Part shown: piece after piece, positions 10,660 to 21,420 of the stretch
Layout of the letters: every line of letters begins with the position of its first letter
Numbering within the stretch: position 1 is the stretch's first letter
Position numbers and translations under genes: made by a program
Assembly (NCBI GenBank): GCA_902620425.1
Contig: CACNHX010000003.1
Location: 7,199 to 71,198 of the forward strand
Length of the DNA: 64,000 nt
Origin: an uncultured Alphaproteobacteria bacterium
GTDB taxonomy: Bacteria; Pseudomonadota; Alphaproteobacteria; HIMB59; GCA-002718135
Direction of reading: 5' to 3'
Notes under the pieces: generated by a model
Told to the model about the DNA's origin: nothing
Seen by the model: only the letters and a program-made list of their open reading frames with translations
Databases searched by the model: none

Positions 10660-11268
10660 ATGAAAATAAATTTCTATACAGGAGATCTTCCAGCAAGTTT
10701 TAAAGCTTCTAATATTATTGCATTGGATAGCGAAACAATGGGATTAAATCCTAAAAGAGATAAACTATGTTTAGTACAAATTTCTAATGGGGATGAAGTA
10801 TGTCATCTAGTAAAAATTGACTTATCTACTGAAAAACCTTTAAATTTAATTAAAATTCTCAAGAATAATAAAATTCAAAAAATTTTTCATTATGCTAGGT
10901 TTGATGTAGCAGTATTCAAATACAATTTTAAAATTAATATTAAAAATATTTACTGTACTAAAATTGCATCAAAGTTAGTTAGGACTTATACTGATAAACA
11001 TGGATACAAAGATCTTTGTAGTGAATTACTAGGAAAATCAATTTCAAAAACCGAACAGTCTTCTGATTGGGGTGGAGAATTAACTAAAGAACAACAAAAA
11101 TATGCTGCTACCGACGTTTTGTATTTACATAAGATAAAAGACAAGCTTGATAAAATGTTATTAAGAGAAAGTAGAAGTAAACTAGCTAAAGCTTGTTTTG
11201 ATTTCATTCAATACAGAACAGAGTTAGATATTAATGGTTGGTCAGAACAAGACATATTTAAACATTAA
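10660..11268 (+). CDS. rnd: Ribonuclease D (short DEDD exonuclease form)
   Basis: IALDSETMGL, LCLVQIS, FHYARFD, CTKIASKL, YAATDV. Confidence 0.9.
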   Translation: MKINFYTGDLPASFKASNIIALDSETMGLNPKRDKLCLVQISNGDEVCHLVKIDLSTEKPLNLIKILKNNKIQKIFHYARFDVAVFKYNFKINIKNIYCTKIASKLVRTYTDKHGYKDLCSELLGKSISKTEQSSDWGGELTKEQQKYAATDVLYLHKIKDKLDKMLLRESRSKLAKACFDFIQYRTELDINGWSEQDIFKH

Positions 11269-12227
11269 TGAAAAATAATACAAAAATAATTAATAGTGCA
11301 AAAAGGACGTTAAGCAGAGAATTAAACAGTATTAAAAATTTAAAATCTACTTTTAATAAAAATTTTTGTGAAGCAGTTAACATAATATACAGGACTAAGG
11401 GTAAAATTGTTATTACTGGCGTCGGCAAAAGTGCTCACATCGGGAATAAGTTTTCTGCAACACTTACATCGACTGGAACACCATCTTACTTTATACATGC
11501 AACAGAAGCTAGTCATGGAGACTTAGGGAGTATTAAAAAAGACGACTGTGTCATAGCTATTTCTAATTCTGGTGAGACTTCAGAGTTAAATAACATCATA
11601 CAATTTACCAAAAGATTTAATATAAAACTTATAGGATTAACCAGCAATAATAAAAGTAGTCTTCACAAAAACTCAACAATTAGCATTTTGTATAAAAAAC
11701 CTATAGAAGCTTGCCCATTAAATCTGGCACCAACTAGCTCTACATCAATGGCTATGATAATTGGAGATTGTATTGCGATTGCCTTATTAGAATTAAAAGG
11801 TTTTAAAAGTAATGAATTTAAAAAATTACATCCAGGAGGCAATCTTGGCAAGGATTTAAAAAATTTAAGTGAAATAATGCATATTAAAAAAAAGCTGCCG
11901 TTGTCCGGTTTAAATGAAAAAATGTCAAAAGCTCTTATTACAATGACAAAAAAAAGTTTTGGTTGTGTTGGAGTCATCAATAATAAAAGGGAAATGGTTG
12001 GAATCATTACTGATGGAGATTTAAGAAGAAAACTAAATTCAAAATTTTTTGAAAAAAAAGCTTCTGATGTAATGACTAAAAATCCTACTTTTGCTGATAA
12101 ATTTATGTTAGTTGGTGAAGCAATTAACTTAATGAATTCTAAGAAGATAACAAGCTTATTTGTTTGTGAAAAAAGAAAACCAATAGGTATTGTGCATATT
12201 CATGATTTACTTAGATTGACGAGTTAG
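11268..12227 (+). CDS. kdsD: Arabinose-5-phosphate isomerase, KpsF/GutQ family (SIS + CBS)
   Basis: TGVGKSAHIG, EASHGDLG, APTSST, HPGGNLG, C-terminal CBS pair. Confidence 0.95.
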   Translation: MKNNTKIINSAKRTLSRELNSIKNLKSTFNKNFCEAVNIIYRTKGKIVITGVGKSAHIGNKFSATLTSTGTPSYFIHATEASHGDLGSIKKDDCVIAISNSGETSELNNIIQFTKRFNIKLIGLTSNNKSSLHKNSTISILYKKPIEACPLNLAPTSSTSMAMIIGDCIAIALLELKGFKSNEFKKLHPGGNLGKDLKNLSEIMHIKKKLPLSGLNEKMSKALITMTKKSFGCVGVINNKREMVGIITDGDLRRKLNSKFFEKKASDVMTKNPTFADKFMLVGEAINLMNSKKITSLFVCEKRKPIGIVHIHDLLRLTS

Positions 12228-12228
12228 C

Positions 12229-12678
12229 TTGAACTTTTTTTTGTACATAAATAGAAATATTTTTTTATTTTCTTCAATTATAATTATAATATTTTTTTTG
12301 GCTCTGATTTTTACTAAGAAAATTTCAATTAATAATATCACTATTGATAATTCAGATACACCTTTATCTAAGGCAGATATATCTGAACCTAAATTTTCAA
12401 TTAATAATGAAAGTAAAAAAATTTTTATAACTGCAAATGAAGGTAATTTTATTAATAATGACGAAATTTTTTTAAAAAATAATGTGAAATTTAAATCAAA
12501 CGACTTTAGTATAGAAACTGAAAATGTTATTTTTAACAGAACTGATCAAACAGCACAAAGTAAGACTAGATCAATATTTAAATCTGAAAATACTTCAATT
12601 TCCTCAGATGGTTTTGACATACAAGATAAAGGAAACGTAATTATTTTTTATGGTAAATCGTATTTGATATTGAAATGA
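12229..12678 (+). CDS. lptC: LPS export protein LptC
   Basis: N-terminal TM helix plus beta-jellyroll-like sequence; position between kdsD and lptA/lptB. TTG start. Confidence 0.75.
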   Translation: MNFFLYINRNIFLFSSIIIIIFFLALIFTKKISINNITIDNSDTPLSKADISEPKFSINNESKKIFITANEGNFINNDEIFLKNNVKFKSNDFSIETENVIFNRTDQTAQSKTRSIFKSENTSISSDGFDIQDKGNVIIFYGKSYLILK

Positions 12679-13439
12679 ATATTATTATAAAATTAATAAT
12701 CATTTTACTAATAACAATAAATGTAGTTTCAAAAGCTGTAGGTAAAACTGAGATTACAACTGAAGAAGGAATTGAAGTATATCAAGACTCTAAATACTAT
12801 TTATTAAAAAAAAATGTTCATATAAAATCAGATAACTTTAATTTAAAAGGTGACATAGTAAAAATTTTTTTTGATAAAAGTTTATACGATATTAAAGAAA
12901 TAGAAGCAAAAGGAAGTGTTACATTTGACTCATCAGAATTTAAAATTAATGGAAATGGAGAATATTTAAATTTCAAAGTTTCAAGTGAAGAAATAATTAT
13001 AGATGGATTAAATTCTAAATTAATTACTAATAATATAAACATGGTTTCAGATGGTATAATAAAGGTCAATAATTTAAATGGTGATTTTATTATTAAAGGT
13101 AAAAATTCTAAACTAATTAACGAAAATATATTGATAATAGGAGATAACATCAAAGGTGGCTTTGAAAATGATTTTAATCAGAAAGAAATTAAATATTTAG
13201 ATGTTGATGACAAAGAAATCTCTTATGTAAAAAATCTTAATACAGAAATGTATGCAAAAAAAATAAATTTTGATAGTGAGTCTTCGTTAATAGAACTAAA
13301 AGATAATGTAACGATAATTAGAGATGGAGAAAAAATTAAAGGAGATTATGGAACGCTTGATACAAAAAACAATTCGTATAAAATAAAATCAAATAATAAA
13401 AATAAGGTTATTGTTATAATTGAAAATAATGACGAGTAA
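12675..13439 (+). CDS. lptA: LPS transport periplasmic protein LptA/OstA family (extended)
   Basis: Signal peptide, repetitive beta-strand pattern, IKGDYGTLD near C-terminus; between lptC and lptB. Confidence 0.75.
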   Translation: MNIIIKLIIILLITINVVSKAVGKTEITTEEGIEVYQDSKYYLLKKNVHIKSDNFNLKGDIVKIFFDKSLYDIKEIEAKGSVTFDSSEFKINGNGEYLNFKVSSEEIIIDGLNSKLITNNINMVSDGIIKVNNLNGDFIIKGKNSKLINENILIIGDNIKGGFENDFNQKEIKYLDVDDKEISYVKNLNTEMYAKKINFDSESSLIELKDNVTIIRDGEKIKGDYGTLDTKNNSYKIKSNNKNKVIVIIENNDE

Positions 13440-14175
13440 ATTTACAGTATTGGATGATGGTTTAAATATTACTAAAATTTCAAAAACTTATGGTAATAAA
13501 AAGGTAGTAAGAGATGTTTCTATTTCTATTAAAAGAGGAGAAATTGTTGGATTGCTCGGTCCAAATGGTGCGGGTAAAACTACTTCATTTTATATAATAG
13601 TTGGATTAGTTAAGCCGGATAAAGGTACAATAGTTTTAGATAAATTAGATGTATCTAATTTACCAATTTATCTTAGAGGAAAACTTGGGATTAGTTATCT
13701 ACCCCAAGAAGCTTCAATATTTAGAGGAATGAGCGTAGAGGATAATTTGATTTCTATAATAGAAATAAATGAAAAAGATAAAAGTAAACAAAATATAATT
13801 TTACAAAATCTTCTTAATGAATTTGATATTAATCACGTTAGAAAATCTAAATCAATAGTATTGTCTGGAGGAGAAAGAAGAAGATTAGAAATTGCAAGAA
13901 CATTAGCAACTAATCCAAAGTATTTATTACTAGATGAGCCTCTTACAGGTATTGATCCTGTTTCTATTGAGGAGATAAAAATTATAATAAAAAAACTAAA
14001 AGATAGAAATATTGGTGTTTTAATTACAGATCACAATGTTAGAGAAACATTAAAAATTGTTGACAAAGTATATATTGTAAATGAAGGAGCTATATTCTAC
14101 GAAGGTGATCCTATTTCTGCTGTCAAAGATGATAAAATTAAAAAATTTTATTTAGGTTCCGATTTTAAACTATAA
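13429..14175 (+). CDS. lptB: LPS export ABC transporter ATP-binding protein (ATG at 13429 preferred over TTG 13420)
   Basis: GPNGAGKTT, YLPQEASIF, LSGGERRRLEIAR, LLDEP, ITDHNVRETL. Confidence 0.97.
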   Translation: MTSKFTVLDDGLNITKISKTYGNKKVVRDVSISIKRGEIVGLLGPNGAGKTTSFYIIVGLVKPDKGTIVLDKLDVSNLPIYLRGKLGISYLPQEASIFRGMSVEDNLISIIEINEKDKSKQNIILQNLLNEFDINHVRKSKSIVLSGGERRRLEIARTLATNPKYLLLDEPLTGIDPVSIEEIKIIIKKLKDRNIGVLITDHNVRETLKIVDKVYIVNEGAIFYEGDPISAVKDDKIKKFYLGSDFKL

Positions 14176-15474
14176 ATGATCAGCAATATTATATCTAAGG
14201 GTATTAATGGTTCTCCAAATATACCAGGAGACAAATCTATCTCTCACAGATCAATAATAATACCAGCGATTTCAAATGGAGTATGCGAAGTCAATAATAT
14301 TTTAAACTCTGAAGATGTTTTGCATACACTTGAAGCGTTTAAAAATATGGGAGTTAAAATTATAGAAGATAAAAAAAATATAATAATTATTGGCAATGGA
14401 TTAAATTCATTAAAAAAACCAACAAATGAAATTTATCTCGGTAATTCAGGAACAAGTGCGAGATTATTAACAGGCCTTTTGGCAAGTCAAAAATTTAATT
14501 CAATTTTAAAAGGAGACAAATCTTTAAGTACAAGACCGATGGGGAGGATTGCAGATCCATTAACAAAAATGAACGCAAAAATTTATACTAATAATGGAAA
14601 ATTACCTTTAAAAATAACACCAAGCAATCTAGTACCTACTAAAATAGATTTAAAAATACCATCTGCACAAATCAAATCTGGTTTAATTTTAGCAAGCTTA
14701 AATATTAAAGGTGAAACTGAACTAATTGAAAATAAAATTACAAGAGATCATACTGAAATTATGCTTAAATCTTTTGGTGCTGATATTAAAATTAATAAAT
14801 TAGATAATAAAAAACATATAAAAATTATTGGAGGTAAAGAATTAAAATCTAAAAATATAGATGTTCCTAATGATCTTTCTAGTAGCGCTTTTTTTATAAT
14901 TACTGCTTTAATAAATCAAGGCTCACATATAATAGTTAAAAACATAAACAATAACCCAACCAGAAATGGTTTAATAATTGCGTTAAAAAAAATGGGAGCA
15001 AATTTATTTTTTCACAACAAGAGATTAAGCAATAATGAAGAAATTTGTGATATTGAGGTATTTTCTTCAAACTTAAATGGCTGTGAGTTAGGTCCCGAAA
15101 TAGCTGATTTAATGATAGATGAGTATCCAATTCTTTCAATTGCTGCATCATTTGCACAATCGCCAAGTGTTTTCAGGGGATTAAAAGAGTTGCGAGTAAA
15201 AGAAAGTGATAGATTAAATTTAATACTTATAAATTTACAAAATTGTGGAGTTGATTGTAAAATAATTAATGATGATTTATATATTAATCCATCAAAAAAA
15301 TATGATGTTAAGAATAACATTATAAGAACAGACTTTGATCATAGAATTGCAATGGCCTTTAGTGTTATGGGTACAAAATTAGGTCCATTAGAAATTAGAG
15401 ATTCAGAATCAATAAATACAAGTTTTCCAACATTTAAAAATGAATTTAATAGGTTGGGTGGACAAATTTTTTGA
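14176..15474 (+). CDS. aroA: 3-phosphoshikimate 1-carboxyvinyltransferase (EPSP synthase)
   Basis: PGDKSISHRS, GNSGTSARL, SAQIKS, LRVKESDRL, DHRIAMAF. Confidence 0.98.
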   Translation: MISNIISKGINGSPNIPGDKSISHRSIIIPAISNGVCEVNNILNSEDVLHTLEAFKNMGVKIIEDKKNIIIIGNGLNSLKKPTNEIYLGNSGTSARLLTGLLASQKFNSILKGDKSLSTRPMGRIADPLTKMNAKIYTNNGKLPLKITPSNLVPTKIDLKIPSAQIKSGLILASLNIKGETELIENKITRDHTEIMLKSFGADIKINKLDNKKHIKIIGGKELKSKNIDVPNDLSSSAFFIITALINQGSHIIVKNINNNPTRNGLIIALKKMGANLFFHNKRLSNNEEICDIEVFSSNLNGCELGPEIADLMIDEYPILSIAASFAQSPSVFRGLKELRVKESDRLNLILINLQNCGVDCKIINDDLYINPSKKYDVKNNIIRTDFDHRIAMAFSVMGTKLGPLEIRDSESINTSFPTFKNEFNRLGGQIF

Positions 15475-16106
15475 AAAATATTATTATAACAATTGATGGC
15501 CCTGCAGCTTCAGGTAAAGAAAAAATATCACAGTACATAAGTAAAAAATGGAAATTAAAACATTTAGACTCAGGGATACTTTATAGAAGGTTAGCATTTA
15601 TTTTTTTAAATGATAGAATAGAAATAAACAAAGTATCTAATATAAAAAAAAAATTAAAAGAGATAAGTTCTATTTCATATAACAAGAGTCAATATTTAAG
15701 AACACAGGAAATAAGCAGATTAGCCTCAAAAATTGCAGTTCATAATTGTGTAAGACTTTTTATTAATAATCTGCAATATAATTTTGTCAAAAAAAATAAA
15801 AAAATTAAAGGTTTTGTAATTGATGGTAGAGATATTGGGTCAGTAGTTTTTAAAAAAGCAGATTTAAAACTATATATTGATGTAAATCCTAAAATTAGAG
15901 CAAAAAGGAGATATAAACAGTTGATTGATAGTGGTGAAAAGTCTATATACCCAAAAATTTTGAAGGATATAAAATTGAGAGATAAAAAGGACAAATTAAG
16001 AAAGAATTCACCACTCGTCGTGCCTAAGGATGCACACATAATTAATAATAATGGTTCTTTTAATTCAACAATCAAACAAATTAATAATTTAATTAAAGAA
16101 ATCTAG
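15471..16106 (+). CDS. cmk: Cytidylate kinase
   Basis: IDGPAASGK, DSGILYR, DGRDIG.VV, RAKRR, RDKKD...R..SPL; aroA-cmk-rpsA synteny. Confidence 0.93.
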   Translation: MKNIIITIDGPAASGKEKISQYISKKWKLKHLDSGILYRRLAFIFLNDRIEINKVSNIKKKLKEISSISYNKSQYLRTQEISRLASKIAVHNCVRLFINNLQYNFVKKNKKIKGFVIDGRDIGSVVFKKADLKLYIDVNPKIRAKRRYKQLIDSGEKSIYPKILKDIKLRDKKDKLRKNSPLVVPKDAHIINNNGSFNSTIKQINNLIKEI

Positions 16107-16107
16107 T

Positions 16108-17808
16108 ATGAATCAAGAAATTAATAATAAATTGTCAAATTCTGAATATGATACGCTAATCGCAAATTCTTTAAAAAGTTCTTCAGTTAAAGAAAAAAGT
16201 ATTGCTACTGGGAAAATTATTTCGATTGAAAACGATATTGTTACAATAGATGTTGGTCTGAAAAGTGAGGGTCGCATTCCATTAAGTGAATTTTCTAGAC
16301 CAGGTCAAAAAGCTGAAATACAAGTTGGTGATGAAACAGAAGTGTTTATTGAAAATGTAGACAGTTCTAATGGTGAAACATTACTTTCTAGAGAAAAAGC
16401 AGTGAAACAAAAAGCTTGGCATAACTTGCAAATCAGTTTTAATGAAAACAAAGTAGTTTCGGGAACTCCATTTAATAGGGTTAAAGGAGGGATGAGTGTA
16501 GATTTAGATGGCGTAGTAGCTTTTTTACCTGGAAGTCAGATTGAGACAAGACAGATCATAAAAGATACCAGAGAACTTTTAAATAAACCAATTGATTTAA
16601 TGATACTAAAAATGGATAAATATAGAGGAAATATTGTAGTATCCAGAAAAGCTATAACTGAAAATGAATTGAAAGAGCAAAGAACAGAATTGCTAAATAA
16701 TATTAAGGAAGGTTCTGTTATTGAGGGTAAGGTAAAGAATATAACAGACTATGGAGCATTTATTGATCTAGGTGGCATAGATGGGCTTGTTCATGTGACT
16801 GATTTATCTTGGACAAAAATTAACAATCCCTCTGATATGCTTGAATTAAATTCTACAATTAAAGTTAAAGTTCTAAAATTTGATGAAGAGCTTTCTAGAT
16901 TAAGTCTTGGCGTAAAACAATTGACTGACAATCCATGGGAAAATGTTAATTCAAATATAAAAATCCAGGATAAAGTAATTGGAAAAGTAATAAGTATGAA
17001 TGATAATAACGTCCATATAATTATAAATAATTTATATGATGGAGTTGTTTCATTAAATGAATTAAGTTGGTTAAAAAAACCTCCTCATCCATCTAAAATA
17101 GTTAACTTAAACGATGAGGTTGAAGTTTTAGTTATTGAAATAGATGATGACAAAAAAAGGATTAATTGTAGCTTAAAACAAATGAAAGAAAATCCTTGGG
17201 TTAAACTTAATGAAAATTTTAAAATAAATGACACATTTGACACTGAAATAGTAAATATTGTAGATTTTGGTATTTTTGTAAAAGTCTTAGATGAAATAGA
17301 TGGTATGGTTCATATATCTGATTTAAGTTGGGATGAAAAAGAATGTGAAGAAATTATCAAAAACTTAAAAAAAGGAGAGAAAGTAAAAGTCAAAATACTT
17401 GATATTAACGCTGATAAGGAAAGAATTAGTTTAGGTATTAAACATTTAAAAAATGACCCAGTACAAGAATATATTGAAACGTATCCTTTAAATTCTAAAG
17501 TTACAGGAAAAATTATAGAAATTGATGAAAAGGGTTTAAAGATTGAATTAGACTCAAAAAGACAAATATACGGTTATATAAAAAAATCAAATTTATCTAA
17601 TGAAAAAACAGAAAATAAAACTGAAAGGTTTGCTCTAGAAGAAAAAATAGATTCTATAATCTTGTCTATTGACTCAAAAAACAGAACTTTAAATCTTTCT
17701 ATAAAAGAACTAGAAATTAGAGATGAAAAAGAGGCTTTATCAAAATATGGATCTAGCACATCAGGAGCTTCATTAGGTGACATTTTAGGCTCAGTTCTTA
17801 AAAAATAG
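16108..17808 (+). CDS. rpsA: 30S ribosomal protein S1
   Basis: DVGLKSEGRIP, AFLPGSQI, DYGAFIDLGGIDGLVHVTDLSW; repeated S1 domains. Confidence 0.98.
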   Translation: MNQEINNKLSNSEYDTLIANSLKSSSVKEKSIATGKIISIENDIVTIDVGLKSEGRIPLSEFSRPGQKAEIQVGDETEVFIENVDSSNGETLLSREKAVKQKAWHNLQISFNENKVVSGTPFNRVKGGMSVDLDGVVAFLPGSQIETRQIIKDTRELLNKPIDLMILKMDKYRGNIVVSRKAITENELKEQRTELLNNIKEGSVIEGKVKNITDYGAFIDLGGIDGLVHVTDLSWTKINNPSDMLELNSTIKVKVLKFDEELSRLSLGVKQLTDNPWENVNSNIKIQDKVIGKVISMNDNNVHIIINNLYDGVVSLNELSWLKKPPHPSKIVNLNDEVEVLVIEIDDDKKRINCSLKQMKENPWVKLNENFKINDTFDTEIVNIVDFGIFVKVLDEIDGMVHISDLSWDEKECEEIIKNLKKGEKVKVKILDINADKERISLGIKHLKNDPVQEYIETYPLNSKVTGKIIEIDEKGLKIELDSKRQIYGYIKKSNLSNEKTENKTERFALEEKIDSIILSIDSKNRTLNLSIKELEIRDEKEALSKYGSSTSGASLGDILGSVLKK

Positions 17809-17813
17809 AGTTA

Positions 17814-18122
17814 ATGCTCAAATCACAGATTATTCAGGCATTACATCATAAACACAACAACTTAAGCTTAGATGATATTGAACAGCTATTTGATATATTT
17901 GTAAGTAAGATTTCAAATTCCCTTAAATTAGGTCATAATATTGAAATAAGAGGTTTTGGAACAATTAGTAGAAAAATAAATAGAGAAAAATTTGTAAGGA
18001 ATCCTAAAACAAATGAAAAAATATATAAACAAGAAACTTTTAAACTACATTTTAAAACTGGTAAAATTTTACATAAAAAAATAAATCATCCTCTTGTATC
18101 TGATAACAATGACTCCTTCTAA
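17814..18122 (+). CDS. ihfB: Integration host factor beta subunit
   Basis: MLKS start, IEIRGFG, RNPKT; directly follows rpsA. Confidence 0.85.
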   Translation: MLKSQIIQALHHKHNNLSLDDIEQLFDIFVSKISNSLKLGHNIEIRGFGTISRKINREKFVRNPKTNEKIYKQETFKLHFKTGKILHKKINHPLVSDNNDSF

Positions 18123-18795
18123 CAAGGTTATTGTAGCTTTAGATAGTAAAAATTTAAATAAATCTATAAAGCTAGTAAGAATTCTTAAAGATTATGTTTA
18201 TGCCTTTAAGGTTGGGTATCAATTTTTCTTTAATTTTGGATTAAATGGATACAACAAAATATATTCAATATGTCCAAAAATTTTTTTAGATTTAAAACTG
18301 CATGATATTCCTAATACAGTTAATAATGGTTTAGAAGCTTTAATTAAAATTAAACCATTGTTTACTACTATTCATATCTCTGGAGGTGATGAAATGATGA
18401 AAGCTGCAAAGATAAAAAATAAAATTACAAAAATTTTAGGAGTATCTATTTTAACTAGTATGGATTCAAAGCAGACTCAAAAATATTATAATCAAAAAAA
18501 TGTATCACTCTTAGTTAAAAAATTTGCTAAATATGCGAAAAAAAATAATTTGGATGGTATCGTGTGTAGTCCTAAGGAGATAAAGTACATAAGAAAAGAA
18601 GTTGGTGAGAAATTCATAATTGTAACACCTGGAATAAGAATTGATGACAAAATAAAAAGTGATGATCAAAAAAGAGTCGAAACTCCAAAAAAAGCTATTG
18701 AATTAGGGGCCAACTATTTAGTTATTGGTAGGCCTATAACAGAATCAAAAGATCCACTCAAAGTTTTAAAAGCAATAAATAAAACACTATCATAA
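18109..18795 (+). CDS. pyrF: Orotidine-5'-phosphate decarboxylase (ATG at 18109 preferred)
   Basis: IVALD, FKVG, FLDLKLHDIPNTV, VTPGIR, DDQKRV, VIGRPIT. Confidence 0.97.
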   Translation: MTPSNKVIVALDSKNLNKSIKLVRILKDYVYAFKVGYQFFFNFGLNGYNKIYSICPKIFLDLKLHDIPNTVNNGLEALIKIKPLFTTIHISGGDEMMKAAKIKNKITKILGVSILTSMDSKQTQKYYNQKNVSLLVKKFAKYAKKNNLDGIVCSPKEIKYIRKEVGEKFIIVTPGIRIDDKIKSDDQKRVETPKKAIELGANYLVIGRPITESKDPLKVLKAINKTLS

Positions 18796-18797
18796 AA

Positions 18798-19424
18798 ATG
18801 ATTATCAAAATTTGCGGAATACAAACTAAAGACACTTTACTTTGCTGTGAAAAAAATAATATTGATTTTTTTGGTATGATTTTTTACACGCACAGTCCAA
18901 GAAATATATCAATTGAAAATGCCAATGTTCTTCAGAAGATTTCAAAGAATTTAAATATTAACGGTGTTGGAGTTTTTGTGAATAACAATATTAATCAGAT
19001 ACTAGAAATTATAAAAATTTTAAAATTAAAATTTATTCAATTACATGGTGCGGAAGATGAAACATACATTGAAAATCTAAAAAAAACTGGAGTTAAAATA
19101 ATAAAATCAATTTCCGTATCTAATCAAAGTGATTTAAATAATATTAAAAAGTATCAGAATGCTGATTATTTTTTATTTGATTATAAGCCTCTTAAAGGAG
19201 AGTTACCTGGTGGAAATTCTAAAAGTTTTGATTGGAACATATTAAAAAATTTAGAGACTGACAAACCTTGGTTTTTATCAGGAGGTATAAATATAAATAA
19301 TATTGAGAAAATTAAAGATTTAAATCCAATAGGTATAGATTTGTCATCTGGGGTGGAAAAAGAGCTTGGCATTAAAGATAATGGGATTATAAATAATTTT
19401 ATTGGAAAATTAATAAATGCTTAA
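18798..19424 (+). CDS. trpF: Phosphoribosylanthranilate isomerase
   Basis: [40 protein letters not shown]. Confidence 0.96.
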   Translation: MIIKICGIQTKDTLLCCEKNNIDFFGMIFYTHSPRNISIENANVLQKISKNLNINGVGVFVNNNINQILEIIKILKLKFIQLHGAEDETYIENLKKTGVKIIKSISVSNQSDLNNIKKYQNADYFLFDYKPLKGELPGGNSKSFDWNILKNLETDKPWFLSGGININNIEKIKDLNPIGIDLSSGVEKELGIKDNGIINNFIGKLINA

Positions 19425-20625
19425 AAATACTTACAAAAATTATCCAAACGAAAAAGGGTATTTTGGTCAATTTGGTGGAAGATATGTTTCTGAAACCTTA
19501 ATGCCATTAATTCTTGAAGTAGAAAAAGAATACGAAAAAATAAAAAATGATAAAAATTTTATAAATGAGCTTAAACATTATTTAAAAACTTATGTTGGTA
19601 GACCTAGTCCGCTATTTTTAGCTGAAAGAATAACAAAAGACCTAGGAGGTCCTAAAATTTATTTTAAAAGAGATGAACTAAATCATACTGGTGCTCATAA
19701 AATAAATAATTGTATGGGGCAAATCCTATTAGCAAAAAAAATGGGTAAGTCTAGAATTATTGCTGAAACAGGAGCGGGGCAACATGGGGTTGCAACAGCA
19801 ACTGTATGTGCTCTATTTGGTTTACCTTGTATAGTTTATATGGGAGAGAAAGATATTGAGAGACAATCACCAAATGTTTTTAGAATGAAATTACTTGGTG
19901 CAGAAATACGATCTGTCTCTACTGGTTCAAAATCTCTTAAAGACGCGATGAACGAGGCGCTAAGAGATTGGGTTACAAATGTTAAAGATACTTTTTATAT
20001 AATAGGAACAGCAGCAGGACCTCATCCATATCCAGCAATGGTGAGAGATTTTCAATCTATAATTGGAAAAGAAGTGCGTGAACAACTTGAAGATTCAGAA
20101 GGAAAATCACCAGATTTATTAATGGCGTGTATTGGTGGTGGTTCAAATGCTTTGGGTTTATTTCATGAATTTCTAGATGATTCTAATGTTGAAATGATTG
20201 CTGTTGAAGCAGCTGGTCATGGTATAAATACTGATAAACATGCAGCTAGTTTAACTGGTGGAAAACCAGGTGTGCTTCATGGTAATAAAACATATTTGCT
20301 ACAATCAAATACTGGGCAAATTCAGGAAGCACATTCTATTTCAGCTGGTTTAGATTATCCAGGAATTGGTCCCGAACATTCATTTTTGTTTGAAGAAAAA
20401 AGAGTAACATATATGTCAGCCACAGATAATGAGGCTCTGGAAGCTTTTCAGTATTGCTGCAAATTAGAAGGTATAATTCCAGCTTTAGAACCAGCTCACG
20501 CGTTAGCTGTATTAAAGAAAATAGCAAAAAACTATAGTAAAGATAAAATTATTGTCATGAATATGTGTGGCCGTGGTGATAAAGATATTTTTACAATAGC
20601 TGATGAATTAAATATTAAGATTTAA
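19417..20625 (+). CDS. trpB: Tryptophan synthase beta chain
   Basis: [15 protein letters not shown] (PLP lysine), [29 protein letters not shown]. Confidence 0.99.
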   Translation: MLKNTYKNYPNEKGYFGQFGGRYVSETLMPLILEVEKEYEKIKNDKNFINELKHYLKTYVGRPSPLFLAERITKDLGGPKIYFKRDELNHTGAHKINNCMGQILLAKKMGKSRIIAETGAGQHGVATATVCALFGLPCIVYMGEKDIERQSPNVFRMKLLGAEIRSVSTGSKSLKDAMNEALRDWVTNVKDTFYIIGTAAGPHPYPAMVRDFQSIIGKEVREQLEDSEGKSPDLLMACIGGGSNALGLFHEFLDDSNVEMIAVEAAGHGINTDKHAASLTGGKPGVLHGNKTYLLQSNTGQIQEAHSISAGLDYPGIGPEHSFLFEEKRVTYMSATDNEALEAFQYCCKLEGIIPALEPAHALAVLKKIAKNYSKDKIIVMNMCGRGDKDIFTIADELNIKI

Positions 20626-21420
20626 ATGACTAATTTAATTAGTCAGGCTTTTAAAAATAATGAAAAAAAACTAGTAACATTTGTTACAGGAGGTGACCCT
20701 GATTTCGAGACAAGTTTACAAATTATTAAGACAATAATTAATAATGGGGCTGATATTATAGAAATTGGAATGCCTTTTTCTGATCCAATGGCTGATGGCC
20801 CAACAATTCAGCTATCAAGTAATCGAGCAATAAGTAAAGGAATTGACTTAGAAAATATTTTTTCTTTGGTCAGCGAGGCTAAAAAAATAAAAGATGATTT
20901 GCCAATTATTCTAATGGGATACTATAACTTAATACTATATTTCGGAATTGAGAAGTTTGTTAAAAGATGCAAAGAAAACGGAGTTGATGGTTTAATTATT
21001 GTCGACCTACAACCTGAAGAGGATGAAGATTTGATTAATGAACTAAAGATTAACCAGATTGATTTGATAAGATTAATTACTCCAACAACTGACAAGGAAA
21101 GACTAAAATTGATATTAAAAAATGCTAGTGGTTTTTTATATTATGTAAGTGTTATGGGAATTACTGGACAAAAATCTGCTGATCTTAATGATCTTGAAAA
21201 ATCAGTTTCTTTTATCAAAAGATATACAAATTTACCTATAGTTCCTGGTTTTGGTATTAAAAACTCAACAGATGTAAACAATATTTGCAAAATAGCTGAT
21301 GGAGCAGTTGTTGGTTCAAGTATAATTAAAATTATTGAGGAAAATTTAAATAATAAAGAAAGAATGTTATCAGAAATTGATAAGTTTTCAAAAGATTTGA
21401 AAAATGGAACTATAGTATGA
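20626..21420 (+). CDS. trpA: Tryptophan synthase alpha chain
   Basis: IEIGMPFSDPMADGPTIQ, LMGYYN, YYVSVMGITG, GFGI. Confidence 0.98.
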   Translation: MTNLISQAFKNNEKKLVTFVTGGDPDFETSLQIIKTIINNGADIIEIGMPFSDPMADGPTIQLSSNRAISKGIDLENIFSLVSEAKKIKDDLPIILMGYYNLILYFGIEKFVKRCKENGVDGLIIVDLQPEEDEDLINELKINQIDLIRLITPTTDKERLKLILKNASGFLYYVSVMGITGQKSADLNDLEKSVSFIKRYTNLPIVPGFGIKNSTDVNNICKIADGAVVGSSIIKIIEENLNNKERMLSEIDKFSKDLKNGTIV

